A stretch of 61,367 nucleotides of DNA from Candidatus Cloacimonadales bacterium (GTDB lineage: Bacteria > Cloacimonadota > Cloacimonadia > Cloacimonadales > TCS61): the NCBI GenBank assembly GCA_030656075.1, contig JAUSOT010000145.1, positions 1 to 61,367 on the forward strand, in the 5' to 3' direction. The translations under genes were made by a program, and so were the position numbers. This document shows, piece by piece, positions 38,436-48,333 of the stretch. Positions within the stretch are counted from its first letter, which is position 1. Every line of letters starts with the position of its first letter. A model generated the notes under the pieces. It did not search any database. It had not been told where the DNA came from and was given only the letters and a program-made list of their open reading frames with translations.

Positions 38436-39371
38436 CTAAAAAGGCGTATCCTGCCCGATGAAGCAGGTTAAGCCGAATTCTTCAAAAATTTCTTTGGCGG
38501 TTTGCAGTTCTTCAGGAGAAGGAATCGGAAATTTATCTGCTTTGAATTCTAATCCTAAGAGTTGGTATTTATTTCTGCCTAAATGATGTAATGGCAACAG
38601 GTTAATTTCTTTCCATTTTGTTTCTAATATCAAAGATGCAATCCCTGCCAGGTTTTCTCTGGAGCTATTGAAACCGGGAATAAAGGGTAAACGAAAAATC
38701 AGTTTGCCGTTGAAAGTTTCATTTAGTTTTCGCACATTATTGATGATATTTGTATTGGAAGTTCCGGTTCCTGTTTCATGCTGCTTAGGATCGATCTGCT
38801 TCAAATCAAAAAAAATCCAATCAAGATGATCGATAACCAGTTCAAAGTTTTTCCAAGGCACATTACCGCAAGTTTCGATGGCAGTGTGAATGTAGGATTC
38901 ATAGCATTTTTTCAGAATATTATGGGCAAAATCAATTTGCAGCAAAGGTTCTCCACCTGTTAAGGTGATTCCACCTTCGCTTCCCCAGAATTGCCGGTCT
39001 CTTTGGATAATCGAAAAAAGTTCATCAACAGAAATTGTCCGTCCGCTCATTCGCAAAGCATCCGTGTAGCAATTATCAAGGCAGGAATGGTCATGGCATT
39101 TTTCACAAATTGTCCTGTCGATCACTGGTTTTTCAGCTATGAATTGTATGGCATTGTTCGGGCAGAATGTTTCACAATTGCCGCAGCCAATACATCTGGA
39201 AGCATAGAATAACGGAATATTTTCTTTACTGATGCCTTCAGGATTGCAGCACCAGAAGCAGTTAAGAGAACAACCCTTTAAAAAGATTAAACTTCGCGCT
39301 CCGGGGCCATCATGAACAGAAAAACCCTGGATGTCGAAAATGGTACCGGAAATCTGCTGATTTACTTCCAT
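38436..39371 (-). CDS. hpdA: Glycyl-radical activating enzyme of 4-hydroxyphenylacetate decarboxylase
   Basis: SVHDGPG, CSLNCFWC radical-SAM motif, ferredoxin-like insert, GGITLTGGEP, HTAIETCG; overlaps hpdC. Confidence 0.88.
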   Translation of the reverse strand: MEVNQQISGTIFDIQGFSVHDGPGARSLIFLKGCSLNCFWCCNPEGISKENIPLFYASRCIGCGNCETFCPNNAIQFIAEKPVIDRTICEKCHDHSCLDNCYTDALRMSGRTISVDELFSIIQRDRQFWGSEGGITLTGGEPLLQIDFAHNILKKCYESYIHTAIETCGNVPWKNFELVIDHLDWIFFDLKQIDPKQHETGTGTSNTNIINNVRKLNETFNGKLIFRLPFIPGFNSSRENLAGIASLILETKWKEINLLPLHHLGRNKYQLLGLEFKADKFPIPSPEELQTAKEIFEEFGLTCFIGQDTPF

Positions 39372-39601
39372 GCAAAATCATTACAGGTTACAGCCTGCAT
39401 ATCGGGATAGGCAGTGGCTTTTTCCAGGCATAAACCCAGATTGTTCTCTTTCATTGAAAAATGCAGGCAATGCTTACATTTGGGAGCTTTCTCAAAGTCG
39501 GAACAGGCAGGTTCATCCGCCTTGATTTTAGCTTTGGTTCTTTTGCAGATGCCTTTAAAAACGTCGGTGGCTAAATAATATTTACAGTCTATATGATTCA
39601 T
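39362..39601 (-). CDS. hpdC: 4-hydroxyphenylacetate decarboxylase small Fe-S subunit
   Basis: 79 aa from MNHIDC (39601); duplicated (H/C)xxC-x12-C-x13/14-C pattern; lies between the GRE and its activase. Confidence 0.88.
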   Translation of the reverse strand: MNHIDCKYYLATDVFKGICKRTKAKIKADEPACSDFEKAPKCKHCLHFSMKENNLGLCLEKATAYPDMQAVTCNDFAWK

Positions 39602-39615
39602 ATCAAAGTCCTTTC

Positions 39616-42291
39616 TTATATTTCCGCATATTCCGTTCTGGCGATAACTTCGTCCTGGATCTGTTTGCCAAGTTCTACCCAATATTGAGTAAATCCGGCC
39701 ACGCGCACCATCAAACCGCGGTATTTGTCAGGATTTTGCTGGGCGTCTTTCAGCATGCGGGAATCAACGATATTGAATTGAACATGAAAACCGCCTTTTC
39801 GAAGATATGCTCTGATCATCTCCAAAAACTTACGTGCTCCTTCACGTCCTTTGATAACAGAAGGATGGATTTTCATATTCAGTTGTGAATTTTGCGATGA
39901 AGCATGATTGTAGCAAGTTGCAGAAGAGAACAAGGCATACGGTCCGTTTTGATCGGTTCCCGGATAGGCAGAAACAGAACCGTCGGCAAAAGTTGTACCG
40001 CCAAGTCTGCCATCGGGAGTGGCCAAAGTAACAGCGCCCATGGGACCATGAGTCGAAACCGATATCTGGCAGGAATACAAAGGTTCATCATAAAGCGATC
40101 TGTAATTTTCACACATTCCGCTAAACCACTCCTGCCATTCTTTAAAGATGTTATCTACATATTTGTTATCATTGCCGAATTTAGGAGCATCCAGGCATTG
40201 TTTGTGTGTCTTTAACCAGGTTTGGAAATTCTGAGTTTGTTTCTGTTCGGTTAAACTGTAGGAACCGGTTTCCAAGGCAGAAATATAGCCGAAGTTTTCT
40301 TCCAGAGCTTGCTTCAAGGTAGCCAGCGAGAAATTTTTCTCTTCAAAAACGTTCTTTTTGAGGGAAGCAAGAGAATTGACGAGGTTAACTCCTCCGCAAA
40401 TTTCCACGTTAAAGGTACGATTATAACGGCTGCCTTTATTACTGATATCTTTTCCAGTTTCCAGGCAGTCTGGTTTCAGCATGCTATTGATGATCGAAGG
40501 AGATATTTTTCCCCAGACATCGTGTTGGATGTTATTCGTTAAGGTTAACACTTCTACTGTCAGACTGAAATATTCCTGGAAAGCTTTCCAGACTTCCTCA
40601 TAAGATTCCAGATTATAACCATGAGCAGGATAAACTCTTCTTCCGGTTCGTTTATCAAGCCCATCGAACAAAACAGCTTCCAAAACTTTGGGCAAGGAAA
40701 TGAAGTGAACTCCCACGCTGGTAGCAGGGGCAGAACCGCCGGGAATGTAATGAGTAACACCATCCAGATCGAGCGGCATCCAACTACCGGCAGATGTTTC
40801 CAGGCAACCGCCAATCGACCAGGCTCGAACTTCTTCCAGCGTCATTCCTTCATTTTTAAAATTGTTAAGCAAAAATTCCATTGCCACTCGATTATTAATC
40901 CAGGCCGGATAGCCGGTGCCGATTTTTGTACATTCGATCCCTTTTAATAAAAATTCTTCGGGCAGTTTTTCATCGTATAATAAACTTAAAGTCGGTTGCG
41001 GAGTGTCGCAGGTCATGGCGGATTCAAGAATCAACATTTCCAGTTCATTTGCTGCACTTTCCCCATCTTTGGTCAGTCCGCCGAGGCAGAGATTATTGAA
41101 AGTATTTCCGCTTAAAACGCCGCCGACAACGCCCATGGAAGCAAAACAATCTAATTCGGTAAATTTCATGCGCATGCATTCAAGCAGTTCCAAAGATCGT
41201 TCGCGGGAAAGTATTCCTTTATCCATATCTCGTTTCCAGAAAGGATAAAGTACTTGGCCCAGCCTTCCGGGAGATAATCCGGAAATGGCATCTTCATTCA
41301 GCACTGCTACGTGGAAAATCCAAACCAGCTGCAAAGCATCATGGAAGGTTCGGGGAGGATTGATCGCCAGCCATTCCAGGCGTTCGGCAATTTCCAGGTA
41401 TTCGGATTTATCGTTTTCATCTTCTTCCAGGGATGCCATCAGTTTAGCTTCTTCAGCATGATTTTTGATCCAGCTCTGCAATCCTTCCAGCATGGTATAA
41501 ACAGATTTATAGAAATAAATTCTGTCCATTCCGGGATAACCGGCTGCTTGTTTCAGTTTTTCGTCACAGATATTTTTGATGCCTTCAATGCCGTATTGCA
41601 GGGGATAATAATAATTCATCACTTCCCGCCCCTGGGGCAGGGTGTAGCCGGAATCGAACATGCAGATCACGGCACGCATGATTTCTTCTTTTTCGTGGTA
41701 GCCGGGAACTAACTGCTCATATTTATGACCGACATCATCGACCGATTTATTATGCCATTTTTTGGCTACATCCAAAAGTATGGGCATTTCTTCTTTGCGA
41801 AGTCCAAACTTGCCGGCAATGGATAAAACATTTCCAATGCTTTTTGTAACGTTGCCTCCACCCTGTCCCATCGTAGTAACTTCATCAGCACTGACTTTAC
41901 CAGCTTCCAGAGCATCTTTGTACAATCGATCTTCGTGTGCCATGAAAAAAGCTTCCGAAAGCCAGGGCATTGGATAAGAACCGCGCAGATAATGAGATTT
42001 TCCCAGCACCAGCAATTCACCCGGAAAAATGGCCGGTGTAAGATGCTCGAAACCAGCTTTCAGTGCTTCCGCTCTTCGCACAATCGGGATTTCACCTTCT
42101 AATTCTTCCCATTTTCTTGTGTACCAGTAGGGAAATTCTACTGATGCAGATGATTTGGTTTCAAAATATAATTGTCGGGATTTTTCTACTCGTGCGGAAG
42201 GAGATTTATGGATCTCGCGTGTTTGGATTTCGCCCTCTGGTTTTGAACCGTAATAATTGTATGTATCACATTCTATTTTTTTCGATTCCAT
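39616..42291 (-). CDS. hpdB: 4-hydroxyphenylacetate decarboxylase glycyl-radical large subunit
   Basis: 891 aa; GGCLE Cys loop, RVAGFTQYW Gly loop, PQGRE, AISG, GNTFNN, GVHF, FNVE. Confidence 0.88.
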   Translation of the reverse strand: MESKKIECDTYNYYGSKPEGEIQTREIHKSPSARVEKSRQLYFETKSSASVEFPYWYTRKWEELEGEIPIVRRAEALKAGFEHLTPAIFPGELLVLGKSHYLRGSYPMPWLSEAFFMAHEDRLYKDALEAGKVSADEVTTMGQGGGNVTKSIGNVLSIAGKFGLRKEEMPILLDVAKKWHNKSVDDVGHKYEQLVPGYHEKEEIMRAVICMFDSGYTLPQGREVMNYYYPLQYGIEGIKNICDEKLKQAAGYPGMDRIYFYKSVYTMLEGLQSWIKNHAEEAKLMASLEEDENDKSEYLEIAERLEWLAINPPRTFHDALQLVWIFHVAVLNEDAISGLSPGRLGQVLYPFWKRDMDKGILSRERSLELLECMRMKFTELDCFASMGVVGGVLSGNTFNNLCLGGLTKDGESAANELEMLILESAMTCDTPQPTLSLLYDEKLPEEFLLKGIECTKIGTGYPAWINNRVAMEFLLNNFKNEGMTLEEVRAWSIGGCLETSAGSWMPLDLDGVTHYIPGGSAPATSVGVHFISLPKVLEAVLFDGLDKRTGRRVYPAHGYNLESYEEVWKAFQEYFSLTVEVLTLTNNIQHDVWGKISPSIINSMLKPDCLETGKDISNKGSRYNRTFNVEICGGVNLVNSLASLKKNVFEEKNFSLATLKQALEENFGYISALETGSYSLTEQKQTQNFQTWLKTHKQCLDAPKFGNDNKYVDNIFKEWQEWFSGMCENYRSLYDEPLYSCQISVSTHGPMGAVTLATPDGRLGGTTFADGSVSAYPGTDQNGPYALFSSATCYNHASSQNSQLNMKIHPSVIKGREGARKFLEMIRAYLRKGGFHVQFNIVDSRMLKDAQQNPDKYRGLMVRVAGFTQYWVELGKQIQDEVIARTEYAEI

Positions 42292-42310
42292 ATTTGATTC
42301 TCCAAATTTC

Positions 42311-42503
42311 GATATTCTTAAACTTAATCATATTTATTATTTTCGCCTTTTCCGCCTCCGAAAACTTTCGGAGTCACCTTTTTCAGGGGAGAAGGAATAT
42401 GCTCTTCGAAGGTTACGAATCGTCATCCCCTCCTCCGAAGAGGGTTGGGTTGGGCAGTTTTCAAAATCACTCTATTATGCAGAACTCATGATATTCTTAA
42501 ACT
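42311..42503. mobile_element. 165-bp insert with conserved end motif, flanked by a 14-bp direct repeat
   Basis: GATATTCTTAAACT at 42311-42324 and 42490-42503; insert ends CACTCTATTATGCAGAACTCAT. Confidence 0.65.
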
Positions 42504-43488
42504 ATATTGACATGGAATTCAACGTATTCATCAATTCCTTTCTTATATCTTTCACATCCTCAAAAATGATGCGCGTCACGCAGGAAATGAGCGGAATCGA
42601 CAAGTTGAATTTTGCCAGTTTATTGACCGTTTTTGCCATGGAAACTCCTTCGACTACCATCCCGACTTCTTGCAAAGCAGCTTCGGTGGAATATCCCTGA
42701 GCCAGCAGTTTACCGAATTGTCTGTTCCGGCTGTTTTCGGAAATGCAGGTCGTGATCAAGTCTCCAATGCCGGCGATGCTGTAGGCTGTTTTGTGATACA
42801 CGCCCAGAAATTTCATGATCGTCACAAATTCATCCACGCCGTAAGTCATGATGATCCCGAAAATATTTGTTTTGTAACCCAGTCCATCGGCAATTCCCAC
42901 TGCAATGGCGATCAAACCCTTCAATGATGAGGCAAGTTCGACACCTTTGATGTCCCGGCTGAATTCAAATTTGAGAAGATCATTTTCCAGTCTTTGTTGC
43001 AGCTGAAACAAAAGTCCAATATCGCGTGCTGCCAGGATAGCTTTGGCAGGAAGTCCTTCGGCAATTTCGCGGGCAATGGTCGGACCGGCCAGATTGGCAA
43101 ATTTCACTTTCGGCATTTTGTCCATCACGGTTTCCCAAACTGTTTTCAGGGTAGTGTGTTCAACTCCTTTCGAGGCGTTTACGATAATGAATTCTTCTAT
43201 TTGATGAGCGATGAATTCATCGGTCAACTCTTCAATGAAACGGGAAGGAATGGCAGTGATGACGATGTCATTTTTTTTGATCTGCCGGGAAAATTTCTTT
43301 TCGACGATGATATTATCGGGTAATTTTATATTCGGCAGAAACTGGGATTCACGTGTCTTATTGATCTCATTTGCTTCCTGCTCGTCAATCGTCCATAAAT
43401 ATACTTTATTTTTTTTAGAAAATACCATTGCCAGCGTGGTTCCCCAATTTCCGGAACCAATTACGATAATTTTACCAAGCTCTTCTAT
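42502..43488 (-). CDS. gpsA: NAD(P)H-dependent glycerol-3-phosphate dehydrogenase
   Basis: ASKGVE, GPTIARE, GVEL..SLK, GIGDLITTC.SENSRN, VEG. The Rossmann motif IGSGNWGT lies upstream of the track's ATG, so the start is probably ATA 43488. Confidence 0.9.
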   Translation of the reverse strand: MEELGKIIVIGSGNWGTTLAMVFSKKNKVYLWTIDEQEANEINKTRESQFLPNIKLPDNIIVEKKFSRQIKKNDIVITAIPSRFIEELTDEFIAHQIEEFIIVNASKGVEHTTLKTVWETVMDKMPKVKFANLAGPTIAREIAEGLPAKAILAARDIGLLFQLQQRLENDLLKFEFSRDIKGVELASSLKGLIAIAVGIADGLGYKTNIFGIIMTYGVDEFVTIMKFLGVYHKTAYSIAGIGDLITTCISENSRNRQFGKLLAQGYSTEAALQEVGMVVEGVSMAKTVNKLAKFNLSIPLISCVTRIIFEDVKDIRKELMNTLNSMSI

Positions 43489-43985
43489 AACTATTCTCCA
43501 ATTAATTTTTCATCTGAGCCCACTCTTTGCAATCTATCTTTATTGTAAAGATTTTTTTGATTAGATTGCATTTGTCGGAATTTGCTGAAATGATTATTTC
43601 TCGTTTCAATTACAGAAAAATTAAAATATAGTCTTATTTCTCCACCGCCATCCGCAAAATCAGCAACGCCAAAATTAGGCTCTCTTCCAAATTGAGTGGA
43701 AACTCTTCAGGTTACTAAACCAAATGGAAATGAAATAGGTCTGAATTGCCATGCCATTTATGGCGTGGCAATTGATATACATTCATAAATTGCATGTGAT
43801 CTTGTTCAAACTAGATGTCCTGCAAAAATATGGATACGTGATGAAAGGCATCATCCACTTGATTTGAAAAAGAGCCAAAAATAAACGAAAATAATCCATA
43901 ATCCAAGATTGATAAATTTGCTGTTTCGCCGCTAAAGCAACTACCTCGAAGTAGTTTTCGTATTCACGTTGTTCAACACGAAAAC

Positions 43986-44062
<77 letters not shown>

Positions 44063-44192
44063 ACTTGAATTGATCAAATTTTAGAAAGATTTTTCGTCAA
44101 GCAGTAATGTTCCCAAATCAGAAATTTAAGAAATATTCAATTTAGAAAAATTGATACCGGATATATTGTTTGAGTTTATTGCTCAATTCCTG

Positions 44193-44597
44193 CTACTTCG
44201 CCTGCTCCGAAGCAATGATGATCTTCTGCAGGCCAACACTGCGGGCAATATCCATAATTTGCACAACAGTGCCATGCTGCACGGTTTTATCCGCTTTCAG
44301 AATCAGACTTTTCTCGTCTATTCCCGGCAGAATATCTTTAATTTGAGTTTCCAGTTCTTCCATGCCGGTTATTTTACCGTTCAGAAAAATTGAACCATCC
44401 GCTTGCACCGTGATTTCCAAATCTCCGGTTCGCTCACCCTTGGAGCTTTTGGTTTCCGGCAAGTCTAATTTCATGCCGGGCTGCTCGACGAAACTGGTGG
44501 TGAGCATGAAAAATATGAGCAGCAGCAGCACCACATCTATGAGTGAGGTGATATTGATGGTAACTTTTCGTGTCTTCTTTTCCAGCAGATGCATCAT
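44193..44597 (-). CDS. exbD: Biopolymer transporter ExbD
   Basis: NITSLIDVVLLLLIFFM, DLP, KADK...HG.VVQIMD. Confidence 0.93.
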   Translation of the reverse strand: MMHLLEKKTRKVTINITSLIDVVLLLLIFFMLTTSFVEQPGMKLDLPETKSSKGERTGDLEITVQADGSIFLNGKITGMEELETQIKDILPGIDEKSLILKADKTVQHGTVVQIMDIARSVGLQKIIIASEQAK

Positions 44598-45223
44598 TTT
44601 TCCTTATTTCTGAATGAAATGATCTTCTTAAGCAGGTTATTGGAAATGTTCTCAATATCCAAAATCAGTTCTTCGGCTTTACTGGTGAAATAATTGTAAA
44701 AAATCAGCGCCGGAATTCCCACCGACAACCCGACAGCCGTGGTGATGAGCGCTTCCGAAATACCGCCTGAAAGAGCCGAAGCTTCGCCGACTCCCTGCAC
44801 TGAGATCACGCCGAAAACTTTGATCATGCCGAAAACCGTTCCCAAAAGACCCAGAACCGGAGCAACCGCAGCGATCGTTTCCAAGATTCCCAGTCCTTTC
44901 TGCAAGACGCGGATTTCCTGCCGGCCGCTGTCGGAAAGCTCTTCCCGCATCAACGTGTAAGAAGTTCCTTGATGATTCAGTACCAGGATGATCAGGTTGG
45001 AAAGCACACCCGGATATTTTTTGCAGACATTCAGCGCCAACGCTTTATCTTCTTCCGAAGCAATGTTTTCCACCACGCTTTTTACTTCGGGAACAATTAC
45101 TTTATCCTTCTTGAGAGTGAGGATTTTTTCGATGATAATTGCCAACGAAAGAACGCTGCAAATGATGAGCGGGATCATCAAAATGCCGCCCTTGACTAAA
45201 AATGACCAGATTCCTGTGAACAT
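44594..45223 (-). CDS. exbB: MotA/TolQ/ExbB proton channel protein
   Basis: GGILMIPL, APVLGLLGTVFGMI, GISEALITTAVGL. Confidence 0.93.
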   Translation of the reverse strand: MFTGIWSFLVKGGILMIPLIICSVLSLAIIIEKILTLKKDKVIVPEVKSVVENIASEEDKALALNVCKKYPGVLSNLIILVLNHQGTSYTLMREELSDSGRQEIRVLQKGLGILETIAAVAPVLGLLGTVFGMIKVFGVISVQGVGEASALSGGISEALITTAVGLSVGIPALIFYNYFTSKAEELILDIENISNNLLKKIISFRNKEK

Positions 45224-45371
45224 ATTTCTCCTTGTCTATTTAACCACGAATTTACACGAATATTTTAACAACGAACAAAACTAATAAGACTAACCTTGAA
45301 AAGGTTTATAAGCTTTTTCTCCTTGCTAAACCTTTTCAACGGTTTTCCAACAAAACCATTCGGAAGATTGT

Positions 45372-45595
45372 TTTTCCTTCTCGTTCCTAAACTCTGTTTG
45401 GGAATGAGAAGTTTCTTTCACGAAACCGGAGTTTCGCAATCAATTGTGTTCCCAAACAGAATTTGGGAACAAGACCAAAGACCAATAATAGTTTTTCCTT
45501 CTCGTTCCTAAACTCTGTTTGGGAATGAGAAATTTCTTTCACGAAACCGGAGTTTCGCAATCAATTGTGTTCCCAAACAGAATTTGGGGACAAGA
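45372..45595. repeat. Two tandem ~103-bp three-hairpin REPIN-like elements
   Basis: CTCGTTCCTAAACTCTGTTTGGGAATG / CGAAACCGGAGTTTCG / GTTCCCAAACAGAATTTGGG, present twice. Confidence 0.88.
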
Positions 45596-45614
45596 TTAAT
45601 ACCTCGCAAAGACA

Positions 45615-46448
45615 TCATTTTCCCAAGATATACGAAAACAAGGCTGTAATTTCCAAATATTCTTTGGGAAAATTAACAGGTAAAGGCTTGAAAGGAGCTG
45701 AAAACTGAATAGCCCTCGTGCTGGTGGCTTCCAGAGAATAATGAGCATTGCTGGCCAGAATTTCCAGGTCTTTGACCGAGCCGTCCTGCATTACTTTAAA
45801 ACGCAGCAGAATATCGCCGCCGATAGCGCCCAGATGAGTGAAAGCAAAAGGCGGATTGTTGTGCGACTGAACTTTCTGTTTCATTTCCAGCAGGTAAGGA
45901 GCAAATTCCCACTGGTAGGTATTCAGGCTCATGCCGCCGTGGTTTTTCACTTGCGAAACCAAATTGTCATAATCTAAATTATTAGTTTTGGTTTTCTGCA
46001 TTTCCTGGTTTGCCTGGAAGGTTTCAAGAAAGGATTTTTTATTCTGCCGGATGTCCTTCAAAATGTCGGTTGGGCTATTTTGCTGAGGTTTGGAATCTTT
46101 GGCAAGCTCATAATCCGACTCCTGGAATTCAGGGAATTTGAAATTTCCTTTTTGAAAGGGGGTGTGACTTTCTTCCAGATCATTTTCTACCAAATCTGCA
46201 GCCCGGGTGTTTTTATCGGAAACCAGAGCGCTGGGAGCATCCGGTAATTCCTGTTTGATATTTTCCGGAGTTTCTACCAGTTCAAAAACCAGTCTGTCTT
46301 CCGTTTTTTTCATCAACTCAGTTTTTTCGGGAAAGATTAAACCTCGATCGATTTGAATGAATAACAGGATTAAGAGATGAAGAAAGATGGATGCCAAAAT
46401 GGTGCAGGTACGAATTTTATCTTTCTTCATCATCTCTTTCCAAATCAT
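45615..46448 (-). CDS. TonB/TolA-family energy transducer
   Basis: TM anchor SIFLHLLILL, charged linker, C-terminal F.V..DG.V...APFKPLP domain; upstream of exbBD. Confidence 0.8.
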   Translation of the reverse strand: MIWKEMMKKDKIRTCTILASIFLHLLILLFIQIDRGLIFPEKTELMKKTEDRLVFELVETPENIKQELPDAPSALVSDKNTRAADLVENDLEESHTPFQKGNFKFPEFQESDYELAKDSKPQQNSPTDILKDIRQNKKSFLETFQANQEMQKTKTNNLDYDNLVSQVKNHGGMSLNTYQWEFAPYLLEMKQKVQSHNNPPFAFTHLGAIGGDILLRFKVMQDGSVKDLEILASNAHYSLEATSTRAIQFSAPFKPLPVNFPKEYLEITALFSYILGK

Positions 46449-46487
46449 ATCTACAAACTAATTTCAACCGATTTGATGTCTAATATT

Positions 46488-47303
46488 TTATTTGGAAACT
46501 AAGAAAACTTTCATCCAGGCATTTAACGATCTGGGTCTTTCCGTAAATTCAGGCTGCTCCATACCGCCTGGCATTTGTCCCATTTCGTCGTCGGGCCTTT
46601 CGCCGATTTCACCCCCGGAGATTCTATCTTCGGGTATTTTTGGTTTGGAATGTATTTTCGGCTGTTCGATTTTTGGAGTTTCAAAACCAATCAAAAATTC
46701 AGCATTTGGTTTCACATTGAGGGAAAAAGAATTTCCCGAATCAGCGTAAAGTGGTATTTTCAATTCATAAGCAAATAATCCCTTATGAGCACCCACAGCC
46801 ATTTCCAATCCGGTCAATTCACTAAGTTTCATTTTGACGACATCATTCCTGACAGGTCCGATGATCTCCAATTCTTTCGGCAGGGTCAGCAGCATTTTCT
46901 CGATATTGGGAAGTTCCATTTTTTTATCGTTTGGCATTTGCTGTTCGGATTTATCGAGTTTCTCAAACATCTGCGGATTTTGCATTCCCAGCGGAAAATG
47001 AATTCCGACTTCTTTTTTCTTTTTACCTTCCGTATTTATCCAAAGTGTGCAGCCCCGCGTGATAAGCTGCCTGGTGAGTTCCTGTGTGGTGGGATAAAAA
47101 CAGAGATAAAGAAAATTCTCATCGTTCATCACACCCAAAACCACGTTGTAATCTTTCAAATAATATTGAGCGTCGATCCAATCTTTGTCATTACCATCGA
47201 TGGTGATTTCCCGATCTCTCCAAAGACTTTCCAGTTGAATCATATTGCAACCCTGCAACAGGATAACGGCGATCATGACAATTCCGAAATAATACTTTTT
47301 CAT
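46488..47303 (-). CDS. Hypothetical lipoprotein
   Basis: Lipobox LLQGC; ITIDG..KDW, ND.NFLYL, YELKIPL. Confidence 0.75.
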   Translation of the reverse strand: MKKYYFGIVMIAVILLQGCNMIQLESLWRDREITIDGNDKDWIDAQYYLKDYNVVLGVMNDENFLYLCFYPTTQELTRQLITRGCTLWINTEGKKKKEVGIHFPLGMQNPQMFEKLDKSEQQMPNDKKMELPNIEKMLLTLPKELEIIGPVRNDVVKMKLSELTGLEMAVGAHKGLFAYELKIPLYADSGNSFSLNVKPNAEFLIGFETPKIEQPKIHSKPKIPEDRISGGEIGERPDDEMGQMPGGMEQPEFTERPRSLNAWMKVFLVSK

Positions 47304-47360
47304 CTTTTTTTACCATTATTTGGAAATTAAAAATAGCAATTTCCGAAAATTTCTCCTTAT

Positions 47361-47571
47361 ATATTCATTTCAAATGAGTTCTGCATAAAACAACTCCGTC
47401 TTTGCGAAGAATCTTGCAGAGGAATTCTGCTGAAGCAATCTATTTTGTTAAATAATTAATAATTAAAGAGATTGCTTCGTATGCGGCAGCAAGAAGCCAA
47501 CTCGCAAAGACAACAATTGCCGACTTTTTCTACTAAAAAACTCTATTATGGAGAATTCATATTCATTTCAA
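47361..47571. mobile_element. 185-bp MITE-like element with imperfect terminal inverted repeats and a 13-bp direct repeat
   Basis: ATATTCATTTCAA at 47361-47373 and 47559-47571; ends GAGTTCTGCATAA / TTATGGAGAATTC; internal inverted pair GTCTTTGCGA..GAAGCAATCT / AGATTGCTTC..TCGCAAAGAC. Confidence 0.7.
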
Positions 47572-48111
47572 TCACTTATTTCGGGAAGGTGGAAATTTCT
47601 CCACAAATTTCTGAGCGGTTTCATTGATAATTTCTGCGATGTTTTCCACATCTATCCTAATTCCGGAAGCCCAGCCCTGCCAGATCAATTCGTCAGTTTC
47701 TCCGTCATAAATTTTCAGGGTGATCATTCCTTCCATATACCTGTCTTTGGATACATTTGTTAAGCCAAAACCGAATCCATGATGACGCCAACCATGAGAA
47801 TAATGCGAAACATAAACATCCTCTTCCATGTGGGAAGCCTGCTCGTATGCCAAAATGAAATCAGCGTTCTGATCGGTTTTTTCATAACCTTTGTTTTCCA
47901 GTTCCAGGTTCAAAGCGTTTTTCAATCGTTTATCCATCAAAGGATTATCGAAGATAGAGTTGCTTTTATTATCAACGTCTTTTGCCCAGCGGAAAGTGTG
48001 ATATTTACTGAAATCGGCTTCTACATCGTAGTCGTATGCCACATAAATGGTAGAACATCCCAAAAACGAAAGAACGATTAGAACAAGCGCTGCAAGTTTT
48101 ATGGCTTTCAT
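47572..48111 (-). CDS. DUF4136-like lipoprotein
   Basis: GGAGG RBS, lipobox FLGC, DYD..ADFSKY.TF.W, YMEGMITLKIYD...LIWQG.A...FPP. Confidence 0.8.
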   Translation of the reverse strand: MKAIKLAALVLIVLSFLGCSTIYVAYDYDVEADFSKYHTFRWAKDVDNKSNSIFDNPLMDKRLKNALNLELENKGYEKTDQNADFILAYEQASHMEEDVYVSHYSHGWRHHGFGFGLTNVSKDRYMEGMITLKIYDGETDELIWQGWASGIRIDVENIAEIINETAQKFVEKFPPSRNK

Positions 48112-48333
48112 GTTCACCTCCTCCGAATGAATAATTTAATTCCCTTCCTGTTACAAGTAAAATCTTTAATTTCTCATAATTTCTTCCTGAACATTCAGAC
48201 AGAAGCGATAGAGCAATCCTGCGAAATATTTTTATTGGAAATCTCAAATTGATCAAATAAGATGAATTATTTATTTGACGGTGGGCTAAGCTAATGAAAT
48301 TTGAAAGGATGAAATGAGTAGAAGGAAATAATT

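Noticed and set aside
43560-43985. Pseudogene or ncRNA downstream of the tRNA
   Set aside because: The frames I translated gave short unrecognisable peptides; only one hairpin (~43744-43773) is evident.
45372-45595. CRISPR-like tandem repeats (also 35444-35636)
   Set aside because: Only two ~100-bp multi-hairpin units per site, dispersed in both orientations; REPIN-like instead.
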